The notes: generated by a model from the sequence alone, not told the origin. A stretch of DNA of 64,000 nucleotides from an uncultured Bacillota bacterium (GCA_948465545.1 CAOJXO010000003.1:18936-82935); one strand, 5' to 3'; positions 27,212-37,673 are shown, counted from the stretch's first letter. Made by a program: numbers and translations.

Positions 27212-27481
27212 TCTACCGAGCGGATTTGCTTTGACAAATGAAAACCAACTGCCTCAAAAATTTCTGACTCCACCAAAGTCACCCTATGGCACATCAGGTT
27301 GCTTCCTTAATGATGCTGCCGTCAGGCTCTGACATGGTTCGGAAGGTCTAATTGCATAGGACCTTGATTTCAACGTCACAAACTTTCGCACATATTTGAC
27401 AATCATAAGCCGAGGCAAACGTTTGACCCTACTATAGCGGATTGTAGGTACAGAGCACCGCTAACTCTCCATCTAGCTCGG
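27212..27481 (-). ncRNA. ffs: signal recognition particle RNA, large Bacillus-type (with Alu domain)
   Basis: Minus strand reads GTTAGCGGTGCTCTGTACCTACAATCCGCTATAGTAGGG (Alu-domain consensus as in B. subtilis scRNA) and GAACCATGTCAGAGCCTGACGGCAGCATCATTAAGGAAGCAACCTGATGTGCC (domain IV-like). The terminal helix is CCGAGC...GCTCGG, and the element has its own promoter and terminator. Ends are approximate. Confidence 0.8.
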
Positions 27482-27487
27482 TTTTGC

Positions 27488-27516
27488 TATTATAGCATAA
27501 TAGAATCTATTATGCA
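27488..27516 (-). promoter_or_regulatory. sigma-A-type promoter of the SRP RNA
   Basis: Minus strand reads TTGCAT-N17-TATAAT, about 7 nt before the predicted RNA 5' end. Confidence 0.6.
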
Positions 27517-27537
27517 ACTAAAATTTTTGTCGATAAA

Positions 27538-27735
27538 CTATTTAGTAGCGTTTTTAACAGCTTTTTGAGCCTTTTCGGTAGCTTTTTTAGTTTTTTCCAT
27601 AGCCATATCGATTTCTTTAACAACAGCCTTTTCAGCCTTGTCAACAGTCTTTTTAGTGTTTTGGCTATACTTGTAAAGAAGAACACCAGTAACAAGTCCC
27701 ATACCGAAACCTAAGAGCATACAAACATCTTTCAT
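27538..27735 (-). CDS. YtxH-like small membrane-anchored protein
   Basis: 65 aa: an N-terminal TM (LLGFGMGLVTGVLLY) followed by a Lys/Ala/Glu-rich helix. Confidence 0.55.
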   Translation of the reverse strand: MKDVCMLLGFGMGLVTGVLLYKYSQNTKKTVDKAEKAVVKEIDMAMEKTKKATEKAQKAVKNATK

Positions 27736-27784
27736 GATTTCCCCTCCTTGCCCTTAGTATGTGAAGAAGAGTGTAAAATATACA

Positions 27785-28048
27785 TTATATCATTCTTAAT
27801 GCTTCTGTATATTTCATGCCAATAAAATATAACGCTGCTATGTAATAATCAATTTTTAGATTTTCATCCCCCTGCAAAAGCCTTTTCAGCGTTGGTGCAG
27901 TAATACCACACCCCTTACAGAAATAACATTTTCTGCAACCATACTTTTCTATAAAGTTTGCCACCAACTCCCCGCATTTTTTCTTAATTACTTTCTGACA
28001 TTCATTAACCACTTTATCCTCCTTATAATCAAATATTCGCTTGAGCAT
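27785..28048 (-). CDS. small Cys-containing HTH-like protein (87 aa), divergent from the XRE genes
   Basis: Start set at an internal ATG (MLKRIFDYK); the longer track ORF overlaps the divergent XRE gene. The segment CGITAPTLKRLLQGDENLKIDYYIAALYFIG looks like an XRE-type HTH. Confidence 0.4.
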   Translation of the reverse strand: MLKRIFDYKEDKVVNECQKVIKKKCGELVANFIEKYGCRKCYFCKGCGITAPTLKRLLQGDENLKIDYYIAALYFIGMKYTEALRMI

Positions 28049-28088
28049 ATTAGAATGTAAAATATTCTTATTGTCATAATATAGAGAT

Positions 28089-28304
28089 ATGATGGATATA
28101 AGAAAAAACTTTTCAAAACGCTTAAAAGAATTAAGACTTGATAATAATTTAACGCAAGTACAATTAGGAGAAAAAACAGGTATAAGCCAAACAAGCCTTG
28201 CAAAATGGGAAAACGCAGAAAGATCTCCTAGCATTGAATATGTCGCACAACTTGCTTTATTTTTTAATTGCACTATTGAATATCTAATAGGATTAAGCGA
28301 TTAA
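28089..28304 (+). CDS. XRE-family HTH transcriptional regulator
   Basis: LTQVQLGEKTGISQTSLAKWENAERSPSIEYVAQLA is a canonical HTH_3 pattern. Confidence 0.8.
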   Translation: MMDIRKNFSKRLKELRLDNNLTQVQLGEKTGISQTSLAKWENAERSPSIEYVAQLALFFNCTIEYLIGLSD

Positions 28305-28395
28305 TATTCCAAGACGAATATTTATACAAACTATTATAATGCAACTATAGTTTCAAGTCAATAATAATTGTAACAAAAGTTATAAAATTTTATAT

Positions 28396-28599
28396 ATGAA
28401 TAAATTTGCAGAAAGATTAAAAGAACTTAGAAAAGAAAAGGAACTAACAAAAACTCAACTTGCAAAAGAGATAAATGTTAGCCATACTTGTATTGTGTTT
28501 TGGGAAAATGGCACAAGAACACCTACTATTGATTACATAATACTACTTTGTCATTTCTTTAATGTTTCTTCTGACTACCTAATCGGTCTTACAGACTAA
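28396..28599 (+). CDS. XRE-family HTH transcriptional regulator (tandem paralog)
   Basis: Shares F..RLKELR...LT..QL....S...WEN..R.P.I.Y...L..FFN....YLIGL.D with the preceding gene. Confidence 0.8.
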   Translation: MNKFAERLKELRKEKELTKTQLAKEINVSHTCIVFWENGTRTPTIDYIILLCHFFNVSSDYLIGLTD

Positions 28600-28641
28600 A
28601 AAACGCTTGACTTAAAATTAAGACAAGCGTAATATTTAGTT

Positions 28642-29226
28642 ATGCAATATTTTACAGCGGATATACATTTTTCTGACCCTGACACATTGCTTTACACTAT
28701 GCGTCCATTCAAAAACATTAAGCAATATGACAGGTATATGATTAAACAGATAAACAAAACTGCAAAAAAAGATGATTTAATCTATGTTTGCGGTGACTTT
28801 TTTGATTGTGACGGCCCAGAACTAAAAAGTTATTTACAAGCCTCTCAATATGTTAAAAAGATTAAAGCGAAAATGTTTTTAATAATCGGCAACAATGAAG
28901 AGCGAATAATAAAATATTTCTTTGATAACGATTACGAAAAATTTAGGGAGTATTGCCTTGACCTTGGATTTGTTGACGTGCAAAAATCAGCACATGTAAA
29001 CTTTGGCGGACGTGAATTTTATTTAATTCATGAGCCTATCCAAAACGACCCTAACTATGTAAACTTGTTCGGACATATTCATACTGGTGGCATATATAGA
29101 AGTTATGGCATAAATGTTGGTGTAGACCCAAACCATTATCGCCTTTGGTCGGAAAGCAACATTCTTGACTATCTTGACTGGAAAGAAAAATATATGAATT
29201 ATGATGTAAACATCAATTTAATGTAA
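28642..29226 (+). CDS. metallophosphoesterase (calcineurin-like)
   Basis: Motifs ADIHFSD, VCGDFFD, GNNE and GHIH. Confidence 0.75.
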   Translation: MQYFTADIHFSDPDTLLYTMRPFKNIKQYDRYMIKQINKTAKKDDLIYVCGDFFDCDGPELKSYLQASQYVKKIKAKMFLIIGNNEERIIKYFFDNDYEKFREYCLDLGFVDVQKSAHVNFGGREFYLIHEPIQNDPNYVNLFGHIHTGGIYRSYGINVGVDPNHYRLWSESNILDYLDWKEKYMNYDVNINLM

Positions 29227-29260
29227 TAAAAAAACCTCAAAGTTAGAGGTCTTTTTTTTA

Positions 29261-29665
29261 TTAATCAGCCTTTACAGCCTTTTTGCTTTCTTTTTCTTTT
29301 TTCTTGTAATAATCCTCTACTGCGGAATGGATACTTTCTTCAGCAAGCACAGAGCAGTGAATCTTATTTGCAGGCATTTCGCCAAGTATAGCAAGCACCT
29401 GTTTGTTTGTCACTTTAAGTGCTTCTTCAACACTCTTACCTTTAACAAGGTCACAAGCAACATCGGTGGAAGCAATGGCAGCACAGCAACCGAAAGTTTT
29501 GAATCTTGCGTCTTTAACAACTTCGTTTTCATCAATAAGAAGATACATCTTCATGATGTCGCCACATTTTGCGTTACCAACCTTGCCAATGCCATTTGCA
29601 CCGCGAAGCCCACCAGCATTCTTAGGATTTTTAAATCTATCAATAACTTGTTGACTATATTGCAT
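29261..29665 (-). CDS. nifU: Fe-S cluster assembly scaffold NifU/IscU
   Basis: NAKCGD, FKTFGCCAAIAS and KIHCSVLAEE: three conserved cysteines in IscU context. Confidence 0.9.
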   Translation of the reverse strand: MQYSQQVIDRFKNPKNAGGLRGANGIGKVGNAKCGDIMKMYLLIDENEVVKDARFKTFGCCAAIASTDVACDLVKGKSVEEALKVTNKQVLAILGEMPANKIHCSVLAEESIHSAVEDYYKKKEKESKKAVKAD

Positions 29666-29667
29666 AA

Positions 29668-30840
29668 TTATTTCCTCCCTGCCTTAGTGAGTGGTGAAAT
29701 TGAACGAAGTTGATTTACAGCCTTTTCAAGCACATCAACCACATAATCAACATCACTCTTGGTTATATTTTTACCAAATGAGAATCTGATTGAGCCTTGT
29801 GCAAGTTCGTCAGATATCTTCATTGCTTTAAGCACATGGCTTGGTTCAAGTACCTGTGAAGTGCAAGCAGAACCTGTTGATACTGCCACCCCTTCAAGGT
29901 CAAGAAGCATAAGGATTGACTCCCCTTCAATCATCTCAAAAGAGATGTTTACTGTGCCTTGAATCTTTTGGTGTGGGTGTCCGTTGATTTGAATATATGG
30001 AATACGCTCAGTAACCTTATCAACAAAGTAAGTGCGGATTGCTTTCAATTTTTGTTGATTCATACTTAAATCTCTTACAGCAATTTCGATTGCTTTTCCG
30101 AAACCTGCCACCGCTGGAACGTTGGTTGTACCACCACGTTTGTTACGTTCTTGTGAGCCACCAGAGATTAAGTTTTCAATTCTGATTCCATTTTTAAGAT
30201 ATAATGCACCAACACCCTTTGGTCCATAAATTTTATGTGCTGACATACTCATTGCATCAATTTCCATATCTTGCACGTCAATTCTTAACGCACCGATTGC
30301 TTGAACGCCGTCAGTATGGAAAATAACTCCATATTCGTGTGCTGTCTTTGCGATAGCCTTGATATTTTGAATTGTACCCACTTCGTTATTAACAGCCATG
30401 ATTGAAATAAGGGTTGTTGTTTTTTTGATTGCATGGATAAGGTCTGCAATGTTTACAAGTCCATACTTGTCTACTGGCAAATATGTCACTTCAAACCCCT
30501 CTGACTCAAGTTGTTTGCAGGCATCAAGCACAGCATGATGCTCTATCGCACTTGTAATAATGTGTTTGCCTTTATTTGCATAGGCGTGAGCGATTCCTTT
30601 AATCGCCCAGTTGTCTGCCTCTGAACCACCAGAGGTGAAATATATTTCGTTTGACTTGTTTGCATTGATAGCACGTGCCACTCTGTCCCTTGCACGGTCA
30701 ACGATGTTTGCCGCTTCTCTACCAAAGCCATGGAGGCTGTTTGCATTGCCATAAACAGTATTAAAACAAGGCAACATTTCAGCAAGCACTTCGCTTGAAA
30801 CATAGGTTGTTGCAGCATTATCAAGATAAACCTTTCTCAT
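29668..30840 (-). CDS. nifS: cysteine desulfurase NifS
   Basis: 390 aa with SAHKIYGPKGVGALY (PLP lysine) and GSACTS (active-site Cys). Adjacent to nifU. Confidence 0.9.
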   Translation of the reverse strand: MRKVYLDNAATTYVSSEVLAEMLPCFNTVYGNANSLHGFGREAANIVDRARDRVARAINANKSNEIYFTSGGSEADNWAIKGIAHAYANKGKHIITSAIEHHAVLDACKQLESEGFEVTYLPVDKYGLVNIADLIHAIKKTTTLISIMAVNNEVGTIQNIKAIAKTAHEYGVIFHTDGVQAIGALRIDVQDMEIDAMSMSAHKIYGPKGVGALYLKNGIRIENLISGGSQERNKRGGTTNVPAVAGFGKAIEIAVRDLSMNQQKLKAIRTYFVDKVTERIPYIQINGHPHQKIQGTVNISFEMIEGESILMLLDLEGVAVSTGSACTSQVLEPSHVLKAMKISDELAQGSIRFSFGKNITKSDVDYVVDVLEKAVNQLRSISPLTKAGRK

Positions 30841-30993
30841 AGTCCGCTCCTTTATAGTTAAATTTTATCACTAACCTGCCATAAAGTCAATAATAAAATT
30901 CTTAAAAAATGTTAGATTTTTGATGTTTTTAGTAAATAAGACTATTGACAACTCTTTCATACCATGTTAGAATTTAGATAGAGAGGTAAATAT

Positions 30994-31500
30994 ATGCCAA
31001 ATTTCACACTTATAAAATCACCAGACGAAATCATTAATGCCCTTAACGGTAACGGTTATAGCGTTAGCCTTAGCCCTAACTATGTAACAAAGAAAGGCGA
31101 ATTTAAACCACCAAAGGTTGGCAATATGAATAAAGATGGTTTAAGTCTTGAATATATCAATGAAAAATATCCAGACAAAAAATATATTCTTTTTGTAGAA
31201 AATGAGTTTGAAATTGAAAGCCACAATGTTTTCAATGTAAGACTTATCAAATATATGTTTAAAACTTATGGAAATGAGTATTTAACACATGTAAAGATGC
31301 ATGTACTACAAGCAATAAACGCCACCTGTTCTAATGAAGGAACAGCATATAGAGATCGACGCCTTAAAGATGATATGAAATTTTATAATCAACTTTACGC
31401 AGAAGTTAAGGCAGAAATAGAAAAAGAGGCAAAATTAAAAGAATCTGAAACCGAAGCGGGGGGGGGAGTAAAACCCGAGCAACAGGAAGAAGCAGAATAA
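30994..31500 (+). CDS. hypothetical protein (168 aa) with a G9 tract near the 3' end
   Basis: AGAGAGG RBS and a terminator directly downstream. No family recognised. Confidence 0.5.
   Translation: MPNFTLIKSPDEIINALNGNGYSVSLSPNYVTKKGEFKPPKVGNMNKDGLSLEYINEKYPDKKYILFVENEFEIESHNVFNVRLIKYMFKTYGNEYLTHVKMHVLQAINATCSNEGTAYRDRRLKDDMKFYNQLYAEVKAEIEKEAKLKESETEAGGGVKPEQQEEAE
31458..31466 (+). repeat. homopolymer G9 encoding Gly-Gly-Gly
   Basis: Counted directly: gaagc ggggggggg agta. Confidence 0.95.
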
Positions 31501-31502
31501 AA

Positions 31503-31526
31503 AACAACGCGGTTAACCGCGTTGTT
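31503..31526. terminator. bidirectional terminator aacaacgcgg-ttaa-ccgcgttgtt
   Basis: Perfect 10-bp stem with flanking A/T runs, between convergent genes. Confidence 0.8.
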
Positions 31527-31532
31527 TTTTTG

Positions 31533-31841
31533 TTATAAATATGATTTTATTGTATCAAGGGCATCTTCATATTGCCAAAGTCCGATATGTTTTTGACGCT
31601 CCTCCCCGTTCTCAAAAATGATAATTGTTGGAATACTCATAACGCCAAACTTTCTTGCAAGATTTGGGTCGTTATCAACATCTACCTTGTAAATTTTCAC
31701 CTTATCTTTAAGTTCTTCTGCAATATCATCAAGAATAGGGCTCATCATTCTACAAGGCCCACACCAAGTGGCAAAAAAGTCAACCACAACAATCCCCTCT
31801 TTTATTGCACTTGCAAACTCTTTTTCATTTATTATTTTCAT
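31533..31841 (-). CDS. trxA: thioredoxin
   Basis: WCGPC active site. 102 aa. Confidence 0.92.
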   Translation of the reverse strand: MKIINEKEFASAIKEGIVVVDFFATWCGPCRMMSPILDDIAEELKDKVKIYKVDVDNDPNLARKFGVMSIPTIIIFENGEERQKHIGLWQYEDALDTIKSYL

Positions 31842-32530
31842 ATTCCCTCCTTAGAATTGTTTTCCAAAAACTTATTAATTATTACCGCTGAAATGGTAAT
31901 TCCGCACATTGCTGGGTAATAACTAATACTGCCTACCCTTCTTTCTTTATTTTCAATAGGCTTTGATTCGCAAGTCACAACATCAAGGCTTTTTATCCCC
32001 TCTTCTCTTAACCTCTTGCGTACCACTTTCGCAAGCCCATCATCATGGGTTTTATAGATGTCAGTCAGATAGAATTTTGGAATGTCATATCTGTTGCCTG
32101 CACCCATTGCAGAAATAATTGGAATATTATTCTTCTTACAATAAACAATCAGCGAAACCTTATCTTTAACACTATCAATTGCATCTACGCACATATCACA
32201 ATCTGTTATAAGTGAAGAAACATTCTCCTCACTTATTCTTTCGTTTACAGCATTAACAACAAGGTCTGGATTGATTTCTTTCAGCATATCTTCAAGCACA
32301 GTCACCTTAGACCTGCCTATTGTGTTTACATTTGCGACAATCTGCCTATTAATGTTTGAAGATGACACATTATCAAAATCAATAAGCGTGATTTTGCCAA
32401 TACCTGCACGCACAAGCATCATTGCAGTATATCCACCAACTCCGCCTGTACCAACCACGATTACATGCTTATTTGCAAGGGTTTCAACCCCTTCTCTGCC
32501 TATTAAAAGTTCTGTTCTGCTTGTATCCAT
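31838..32530 (-). CDS. tcdA: tRNA threonylcarbamoyladenosine dehydratase (ThiF/MoeB-like E1 fold)
   Basis: HVIVVGTGGVGG Rossmann motif and TcdA-like length. Start set at MDTSRTELL so that it does not overlap hslU. Confidence 0.75.
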   Translation of the reverse strand: MDTSRTELLIGREGVETLANKHVIVVGTGGVGGYTAMMLVRAGIGKITLIDFDNVSSSNINRQIVANVNTIGRSKVTVLEDMLKEINPDLVVNAVNERISEENVSSLITDCDMCVDAIDSVKDKVSLIVYCKKNNIPIISAMGAGNRYDIPKFYLTDIYKTHDDGLAKVVRKRLREEGIKSLDVVTCESKPIENKERRVGSISYYPAMCGITISAVIINKFLENNSKEGI

Positions 32531-32537
32531 ATTCAGC

Positions 32538-33833
32538 CTACAATACAAACTTTTTAAGGTCGTATTTCTTCTTTGTAGCATTGAAAGCGTTTTGAACATA
32601 GGTTCTGTCAACTACAACTTCAAGCATAGGGTGATTTCCTGACGCATTAAACGAAATATCTTCAAGAAGAGTTTCCATGATGGTGTGAAGACGTCTTGCA
32701 CCAATATTTTCACTTGTTTCATTTTCGGTAACAGCAAGGTCTGCAATTTCATCAATCGCATCTTCTTTAAACTTCAAATCAATGTTATCCACTTTTAATA
32801 TGCTTTGGTATTGAAGAATAACAGAGTTCTTTGTTTCGCTAAGAATACGTTTAAAATCTTCTTTAACAAGGTTTTCAAGTTCCACACGGATAGGAAAACG
32901 ACCTTGAAGTTCTGGAATCATATCTTCAATATTTGAAACATGGAATGCACCTGATGCGATAAACAAAATGAAATCGGTCTTAACATTACCATATTTAGTT
33001 GATACAGTACTGCCTTCAACAATAGGAAGAATATCCCTTTGCACCCCCTCTCTTGAAACATCTTGATTGTTAGAGCCACCTGCTCCACCAATAATCTTAT
33101 CAATTTCGTCAATAAAGATAATCCCCTCTTCTTCGGCACGTCTGATTGCTTCTGCACTAACATTGTCTTTATCAATAATCTTGTCGCACTCTTCAGCAGT
33201 AATAATTTCTCTTGCACGTGCAACGCTCATTTTTCTATAATTGCGTCTTTGAGGAAGCATGCCGTCAAACATAGAGCCAAGACTGATTTCAGGCCCACCA
33301 ACAGCAAGCATAGGTTTTGGCGTATCAAGTACTGAAACCTCAATGGTTTCATTTTCAATCTTGCCAGAACGCAACTCTTCAAGCACGGTGTCCTTGCTTG
33401 TTTGAATATCTACCGCACGCCTTGTATCTGTTATCGCATCAACAAGCCTTGCCTCTACGGTAGGGGCAACCTTTTGTTCCACTTCATGTGCCTGCTCATC
33501 TTTAACCATACGCACAGACACTTCCACAAGGTCACGTATCATACTTTCAACATCACGACCTACATAACCAACCTCAGTGTATTTGGTTGCTTCAATCTTA
33601 ATAAAAGGTGCTTTAACAAGTTTTGCAAGTCGTCTTGCAATCTCTGTTTTACCCACACCAGTAGGCCCACGCATAATGATGTTTTTTGGAGTAATCTCCT
33701 CACGAAGTTCCTTAGGAAGGCGACTTCTTCTATATCTGTTTCTAAGGGCAATAGCCACCGCCCTCTTTGCCTTGTCTTGACCAATGATATATTTGTCAAG
33801 TTCTTCAACAATCTGTCTAGGTGTATAATCCAT
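32538..33833 (-). CDS. hslU: ATP-dependent protease ATPase subunit HslU
   Basis: TPRQIVEELDKYIIGQDKAKRAVAIALRNRYRR, Walker A GPTGVGKTEIARRLA, and IIFIDEIDKI. Confidence 0.92.
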   Translation of the reverse strand: MDYTPRQIVEELDKYIIGQDKAKRAVAIALRNRYRRSRLPKELREEITPKNIIMRGPTGVGKTEIARRLAKLVKAPFIKIEATKYTEVGYVGRDVESMIRDLVEVSVRMVKDEQAHEVEQKVAPTVEARLVDAITDTRRAVDIQTSKDTVLEELRSGKIENETIEVSVLDTPKPMLAVGGPEISLGSMFDGMLPQRRNYRKMSVARAREIITAEECDKIIDKDNVSAEAIRRAEEEGIIFIDEIDKIIGGAGGSNNQDVSREGVQRDILPIVEGSTVSTKYGNVKTDFILFIASGAFHVSNIEDMIPELQGRFPIRVELENLVKEDFKRILSETKNSVILQYQSILKVDNIDLKFKEDAIDEIADLAVTENETSENIGARRLHTIMETLLEDISFNASGNHPMLEVVVDRTYVQNAFNATKKKYDLKKFVL

Positions 33834-33844
33834 ACCTTCCTCCT

Positions 33845-34384
33845 TTAAACCTCTTCAACAATGATGTTGCTGTTTGTATAAACACAAATATCACTTGCAA
33901 TTTTTAACGCTTTAAACGCGATATCCTTTGCTGAAAGTTTAGTGTTTTCCATAAGTGCTTTCGCAGAAGCATAAGCAAAGTTTCCACCAGAGCCAATCGC
34001 ACAAATATCACCGTCTGGTTCAAGCACTTCACCATTGCCCGCAATAAGAAGCATTTTGTTCTTATCAGCAGCAATCATAAGAGCATCAAGTTTACGTGCA
34101 GCCTTATCCTCACGCCAAGTTTTAGCAAGTTCCACAGCACTTCTCATAAGGTTGCCTGAAAATTTATTAAGCATAGCCTCAAACCTTTCACTAAGTGAAA
34201 AAGCATCAGCCACCCCACCAGCAAAGCCAATAACAACAGTATCGTTGTAAATTCGCCTTACCTTTTTTGCTGTACCTTTAAAAATTATGGTTTCACCCAT
34301 GGTGACTTGTCCATCTCCAGCAATAGCAATCTTGCCATCTCTTTTCACGCCACAAATTGTGGTTGCTTTAAACATTTCTTCCAT
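33845..34384 (-). CDS. hslV: ATP-dependent protease subunit HslV
   Basis: [23 protein letters not shown]-terminal threonine-protease signature. Start at MEEMFK, preceded by a GAGGAGG RBS. Confidence 0.9.
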   Translation of the reverse strand: MEEMFKATTICGVKRDGKIAIAGDGQVTMGETIIFKGTAKKVRRIYNDTVVIGFAGGVADAFSLSERFEAMLNKFSGNLMRSAVELAKTWREDKAARKLDALMIAADKNKMLLIAGNGEVLEPDGDICAIGSGGNFAYASAKALMENTKLSAKDIAFKALKIASDICVYTNSNIIVEEV

Positions 34385-35594
34385 TAAAATCCTCCTCAAA
34401 TTTTGTAAGCAAAGAAATTGAATTATCAAATAGTTCTTTTCTATCTTCCTCTTTTATTATATCACAATTTACACTAATGGGGCTAAAATTTAACGGATTT
34501 TGTGAAATTAAATTAGAAGTTAATTGCCATAAACAGGTTTTTTGTGGCAAAATCGGCATTTTTCGCCCCTTGATATAACTAAGCACATTATGTGCCACAA
34601 TAAGTCCGCTTGCCATTCCTTCAATATGGCCAAACACACCTGCAATATTTCCCGCAAAGAAAAGATTTTCCCTCCTTAATGATTGCCAATGTTCATTAAT
34701 AATAAGCGGTGCATTTAAGTAACTGTTATGCTGAGGACTTCCCTCCCGCACAAGATTTATATTTTGCATACCTTTTATTGACTTTAAAATTCGCTCCTGA
34801 CTTTCAACAGGAAGATTGCTACAAAAACCATGCACCAAAAATTTACCTTTGCACCCCGTCAGTTTCAACACTGCATAAGGTCTTTCGCAATTCAAAAGCA
34901 CGGGTTTTAAAACAATATTTTTAAGAGCGTCCTTATTTTTTAAAACAATCTCTTCAACACATTCTACCTCTTGCCCCCGCTTTTTCAAATAGTCAACATA
35001 TTTATTTCGCTCTTCAATAATCTTATTGCAAAGAGAAATATATTCGTCATAACTAAGCGGCAGGTAAAACGCCTTATCACATTCATCTTTTTTCTTCAAT
35101 ACACTCTCATCAATCCCCTCAACAAGCGGATAAATAGGATATGTATTATTACACCTAAGCGACCCAAATTCATTTTTTAGCCATTCATAAAGCCTGCCTT
35201 CAGTGCGATGCCCCGAGGCTATAACATTAACTTCTTTTAAATTGATTTCATGCACGCATATATCAAAATAATCAATATTTGGATGTTTTTTTGCTTTTTC
35301 AAGCCAAACTTCAATAATTTTATCAGAATTAAAATCTTTCTGTTTGTGAAGATGTATTTCATCTTCCACAAGCACACTGCCTATCACTTTAATTTCTTGA
35401 CGCAACTGATCGCCCATTCGAGAGTCACTTTGCGAAAGGTTTTCGTTCTGACAATAGCAAAAGTCAGAACAACTGCTTTTCTTTTGTTTACAATTAAATA
35501 GATGCACGCGAACGCCATGCCTTGCCAAAAACAAAGCACATTCTAAGCCAGCAAATCCTGCACCGATAACATTTACATGAACCGTTTTATCCAT
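34368..35594 (-). CDS. trmFO: divergent TrmFO-like FAD-dependent tRNA (m5U54) methyltransferase
   Basis: [15 protein letters not shown] motif, RPYAVLKL and [21 protein letters not shown] matching TrmFO blocks. Sits in topA-trmFO-hslVU synteny. The central region is divergent. Confidence 0.6.
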   Translation of the reverse strand: MDKTVHVNVIGAGFAGLECALFLARHGVRVHLFNCKQKKSSCSDFCYCQNENLSQSDSRMGDQLRQEIKVIGSVLVEDEIHLHKQKDFNSDKIIEVWLEKAKKHPNIDYFDICVHEINLKEVNVIASGHRTEGRLYEWLKNEFGSLRCNNTYPIYPLVEGIDESVLKKKDECDKAFYLPLSYDEYISLCNKIIEERNKYVDYLKKRGQEVECVEEIVLKNKDALKNIVLKPVLLNCERPYAVLKLTGCKGKFLVHGFCSNLPVESQERILKSIKGMQNINLVREGSPQHNSYLNAPLIINEHWQSLRRENLFFAGNIAGVFGHIEGMASGLIVAHNVLSYIKGRKMPILPQKTCLWQLTSNLISQNPLNFSPISVNCDIIKEEDRKELFDNSISLLTKFEEDFNGRNV

Positions 35595-37653
35595 TCACTT
35601 CCTTGTAGTCACAAGTTTTATTGCTACATTTTATAGTTTTACCCTTTTTGATAAGTGGGCTGTTGCAATTAGGGCATTTGTCGCCAGTTGTAATATCCCA
35701 ACTCATAAAGTTGCAATCTGGATAACGTTCACATGAGTAGAAAAGTTTTCCTTTTTTACTTTTTCTTTCCATCATATTAGCACCACATTCAGGACATTTT
35801 CCAGCAAAATGCTTTTCTTGTTCCATTTGCATAATGTTGTGACATTTTGGAAAGTTGGAGCATCCTAAAAACTTGCCATATCTTCCTTCGCGGATCAGCA
35901 TTTTTCCACCGCATTTATCACAAATAATATCAGTTTCCACAGGTGCTTCTTTCATTGTTACACTACTTGCGTCGGCTTTTGTAAGAAGCCCTTTAAATCC
36001 GTCCCAAAAATTATTTACAACATTGTGCCAATCTTCACCAGTTTCAACAATGTCATCAAGACGTTTTTCCATATTAGCAGTAAACTTAACATTTATAACC
36101 GCATGGAAAAATTGATCTAAATATTCGGTAATATTGCGTCCAAGTTTTGTTGGAACAAGATACTTACCCTCTTTTTCAGCATATTTTCTTGAAGTCAAAA
36201 CATTGATGGTTGGGGTATATGTCGCAGGACGACCAATCCCCTTTTCTTCCATTGCTTTAACAAGGCTTGCTTCGGTAAAGCGCACCGGTGGTTTAGTGAA
36301 CTTTTGTTCTGGCTTAATTTCTTTGCAAGGCAAAGATTCACCTTCTTCTAATGGTGGTAATTTACCAGTGCCCCCCTCTTTATTTTCCTCTTCAACAAAC
36401 TCTTTATATACAGTTGTAAAGCCAGGGAAAAGCATAGTTTTACCAGTTGCTCTAAACATATAGTCGTCTACAGATGCACCAAGTGACACATTTGCAAACT
36501 CAGCCTCTGTCATTTGGCTAGCCAAAAATCTTTCATAGATAAGTTTATATAAACGATACTGGTCACTTGTCACAGTGTCCTTAATACGATCTGGGGTCAT
36601 CTCCATAGAAATAGGTCTGATTGCCTCGTGTGCGTCTTGTGCGTTTGCTTTGGTATGATAGTTGTTTGGTTTTGTTGGCACAAACTTATCGCCATAAACC
36701 TTGGAAATATATTCTCTACAAGCATTTTGAGCGTCAGTAGACACACGAACAGAGTCTGTTCTTATATAAGTAACAAGTGCAATTCTACCCTCACCCTTCA
36801 CCTCAACACCTTCATACAACGCTTGAGCCGCTGATGAAGTGCGTGAAAGAGTCATGCCGAGTTTATTACCAGCATCTTGTTGCATGCTACTTGTTGTAAA
36901 AGGTGCAGGAGCATGCTGTTTTGTATTTGACTTTTTTAGTTCACTTACAACAAAATCTTTACCATTGATTTCTTCAAGAAGGGCGTCCACCTCTTCCTTA
37001 TTCTTAGGCACAAATTTCTTCTTTTTCTTAGTTGCAAGGGTGGTTTTAATTACTGTTTTATCTTTTTCAAGTAAGGCAGAAACAGTCCAGTATTCTTCTG
37101 GTTTAAATGCCTCAATCTCTTTTTCACGGTCAACCACAAGTTTAAGTGCTACAGATTGAACACGTCCCGCACTAAGTTTAGGTGCAATCTTTTTGCAGAT
37201 AATAGGCGATACTTTATAACCCACCATTCGGTCAAGCACACGTCTTGCCTGCTGTGCATCAACAAGTTTTTCATCAATTTCTCTTGGGTTTTCAAGAGCC
37301 TTAGTTACAGCCTTTTTAGAAATTTCGTTAAATTCTATACGGCACTTTTTGTCTTTTGGATAACCAAGTACATGTGCAACATGCCAAGAAATAGCCTCCC
37401 CTTCACGGTCAGGGTCGGTTGCAATCAATACGTCCTCCGCTTTATCGGCTTTCTTTTTAAGTTGAGTTATAAGTTCCTTTTTATCAGGAACTATCTCATA
37501 TTTAGGTTCAAAGTTATCTTTCACATCTAATCCATAACTCTTTGCAGGAAGGTCGCGAATATGACCTTTTGTTGCAAACACCTCATAACCACTGCCAAGA
37601 TATTTGGTAAGTGCTGGTGCTTTTGATGGTGACTCTATAATAACTAATTTCAA
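35587..37653 (-). CDS. topA: DNA topoisomerase I
   Basis: 688 aa with a TOPRIM N-terminus (KLVIIESPSKA; ATDPDREGEAISWH), active-site region YIRTDS, and C-terminal Cys4 zinc ribbons. Confidence 0.95.
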   Translation of the reverse strand: MKLVIIESPSKAPALTKYLGSGYEVFATKGHIRDLPAKSYGLDVKDNFEPKYEIVPDKKELITQLKKKADKAEDVLIATDPDREGEAISWHVAHVLGYPKDKKCRIEFNEISKKAVTKALENPREIDEKLVDAQQARRVLDRMVGYKVSPIICKKIAPKLSAGRVQSVALKLVVDREKEIEAFKPEEYWTVSALLEKDKTVIKTTLATKKKKKFVPKNKEEVDALLEEINGKDFVVSELKKSNTKQHAPAPFTTSSMQQDAGNKLGMTLSRTSSAAQALYEGVEVKGEGRIALVTYIRTDSVRVSTDAQNACREYISKVYGDKFVPTKPNNYHTKANAQDAHEAIRPISMEMTPDRIKDTVTSDQYRLYKLIYERFLASQMTEAEFANVSLGASVDDYMFRATGKTMLFPGFTTVYKEFVEEENKEGGTGKLPPLEEGESLPCKEIKPEQKFTKPPVRFTEASLVKAMEEKGIGRPATYTPTINVLTSRKYAEKEGKYLVPTKLGRNITEYLDQFFHAVINVKFTANMEKRLDDIVETGEDWHNVVNNFWDGFKGLLTKADASSVTMKEAPVETDIICDKCGGKMLIREGRYGKFLGCSNFPKCHNIMQMEQEKHFAGKCPECGANMMERKSKKGKLFYSCERYPDCNFMSWDITTGDKCPNCNSPLIKKGKTIKCSNKTCDYKEVNG

Positions 37654-37673
37654 ATTATATCCTCCATAAATGC

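Noticed and set aside
26962-27294. 110-aa minus-strand ORF spanning the CBS gene start and the structured region; also considered a T-box leader for ileS
   Set aside because: The region matches the large SRP RNA (Alu-domain and domain IV consensus blocks, with its own promoter and terminator). No T-box motif (AAnnnGGGTGGTACCGCG-like) or specifier-loop architecture was seen, and ileS is separated from it by a whole gene.
27785-28273. Full 162-aa version of the minus-strand ORF
   Set aside because: Its N-terminal 75 codons overlap the well-supported divergent XRE gene and its promoter region. An internal ATG gives a compact 87-aa HTH-like protein instead.
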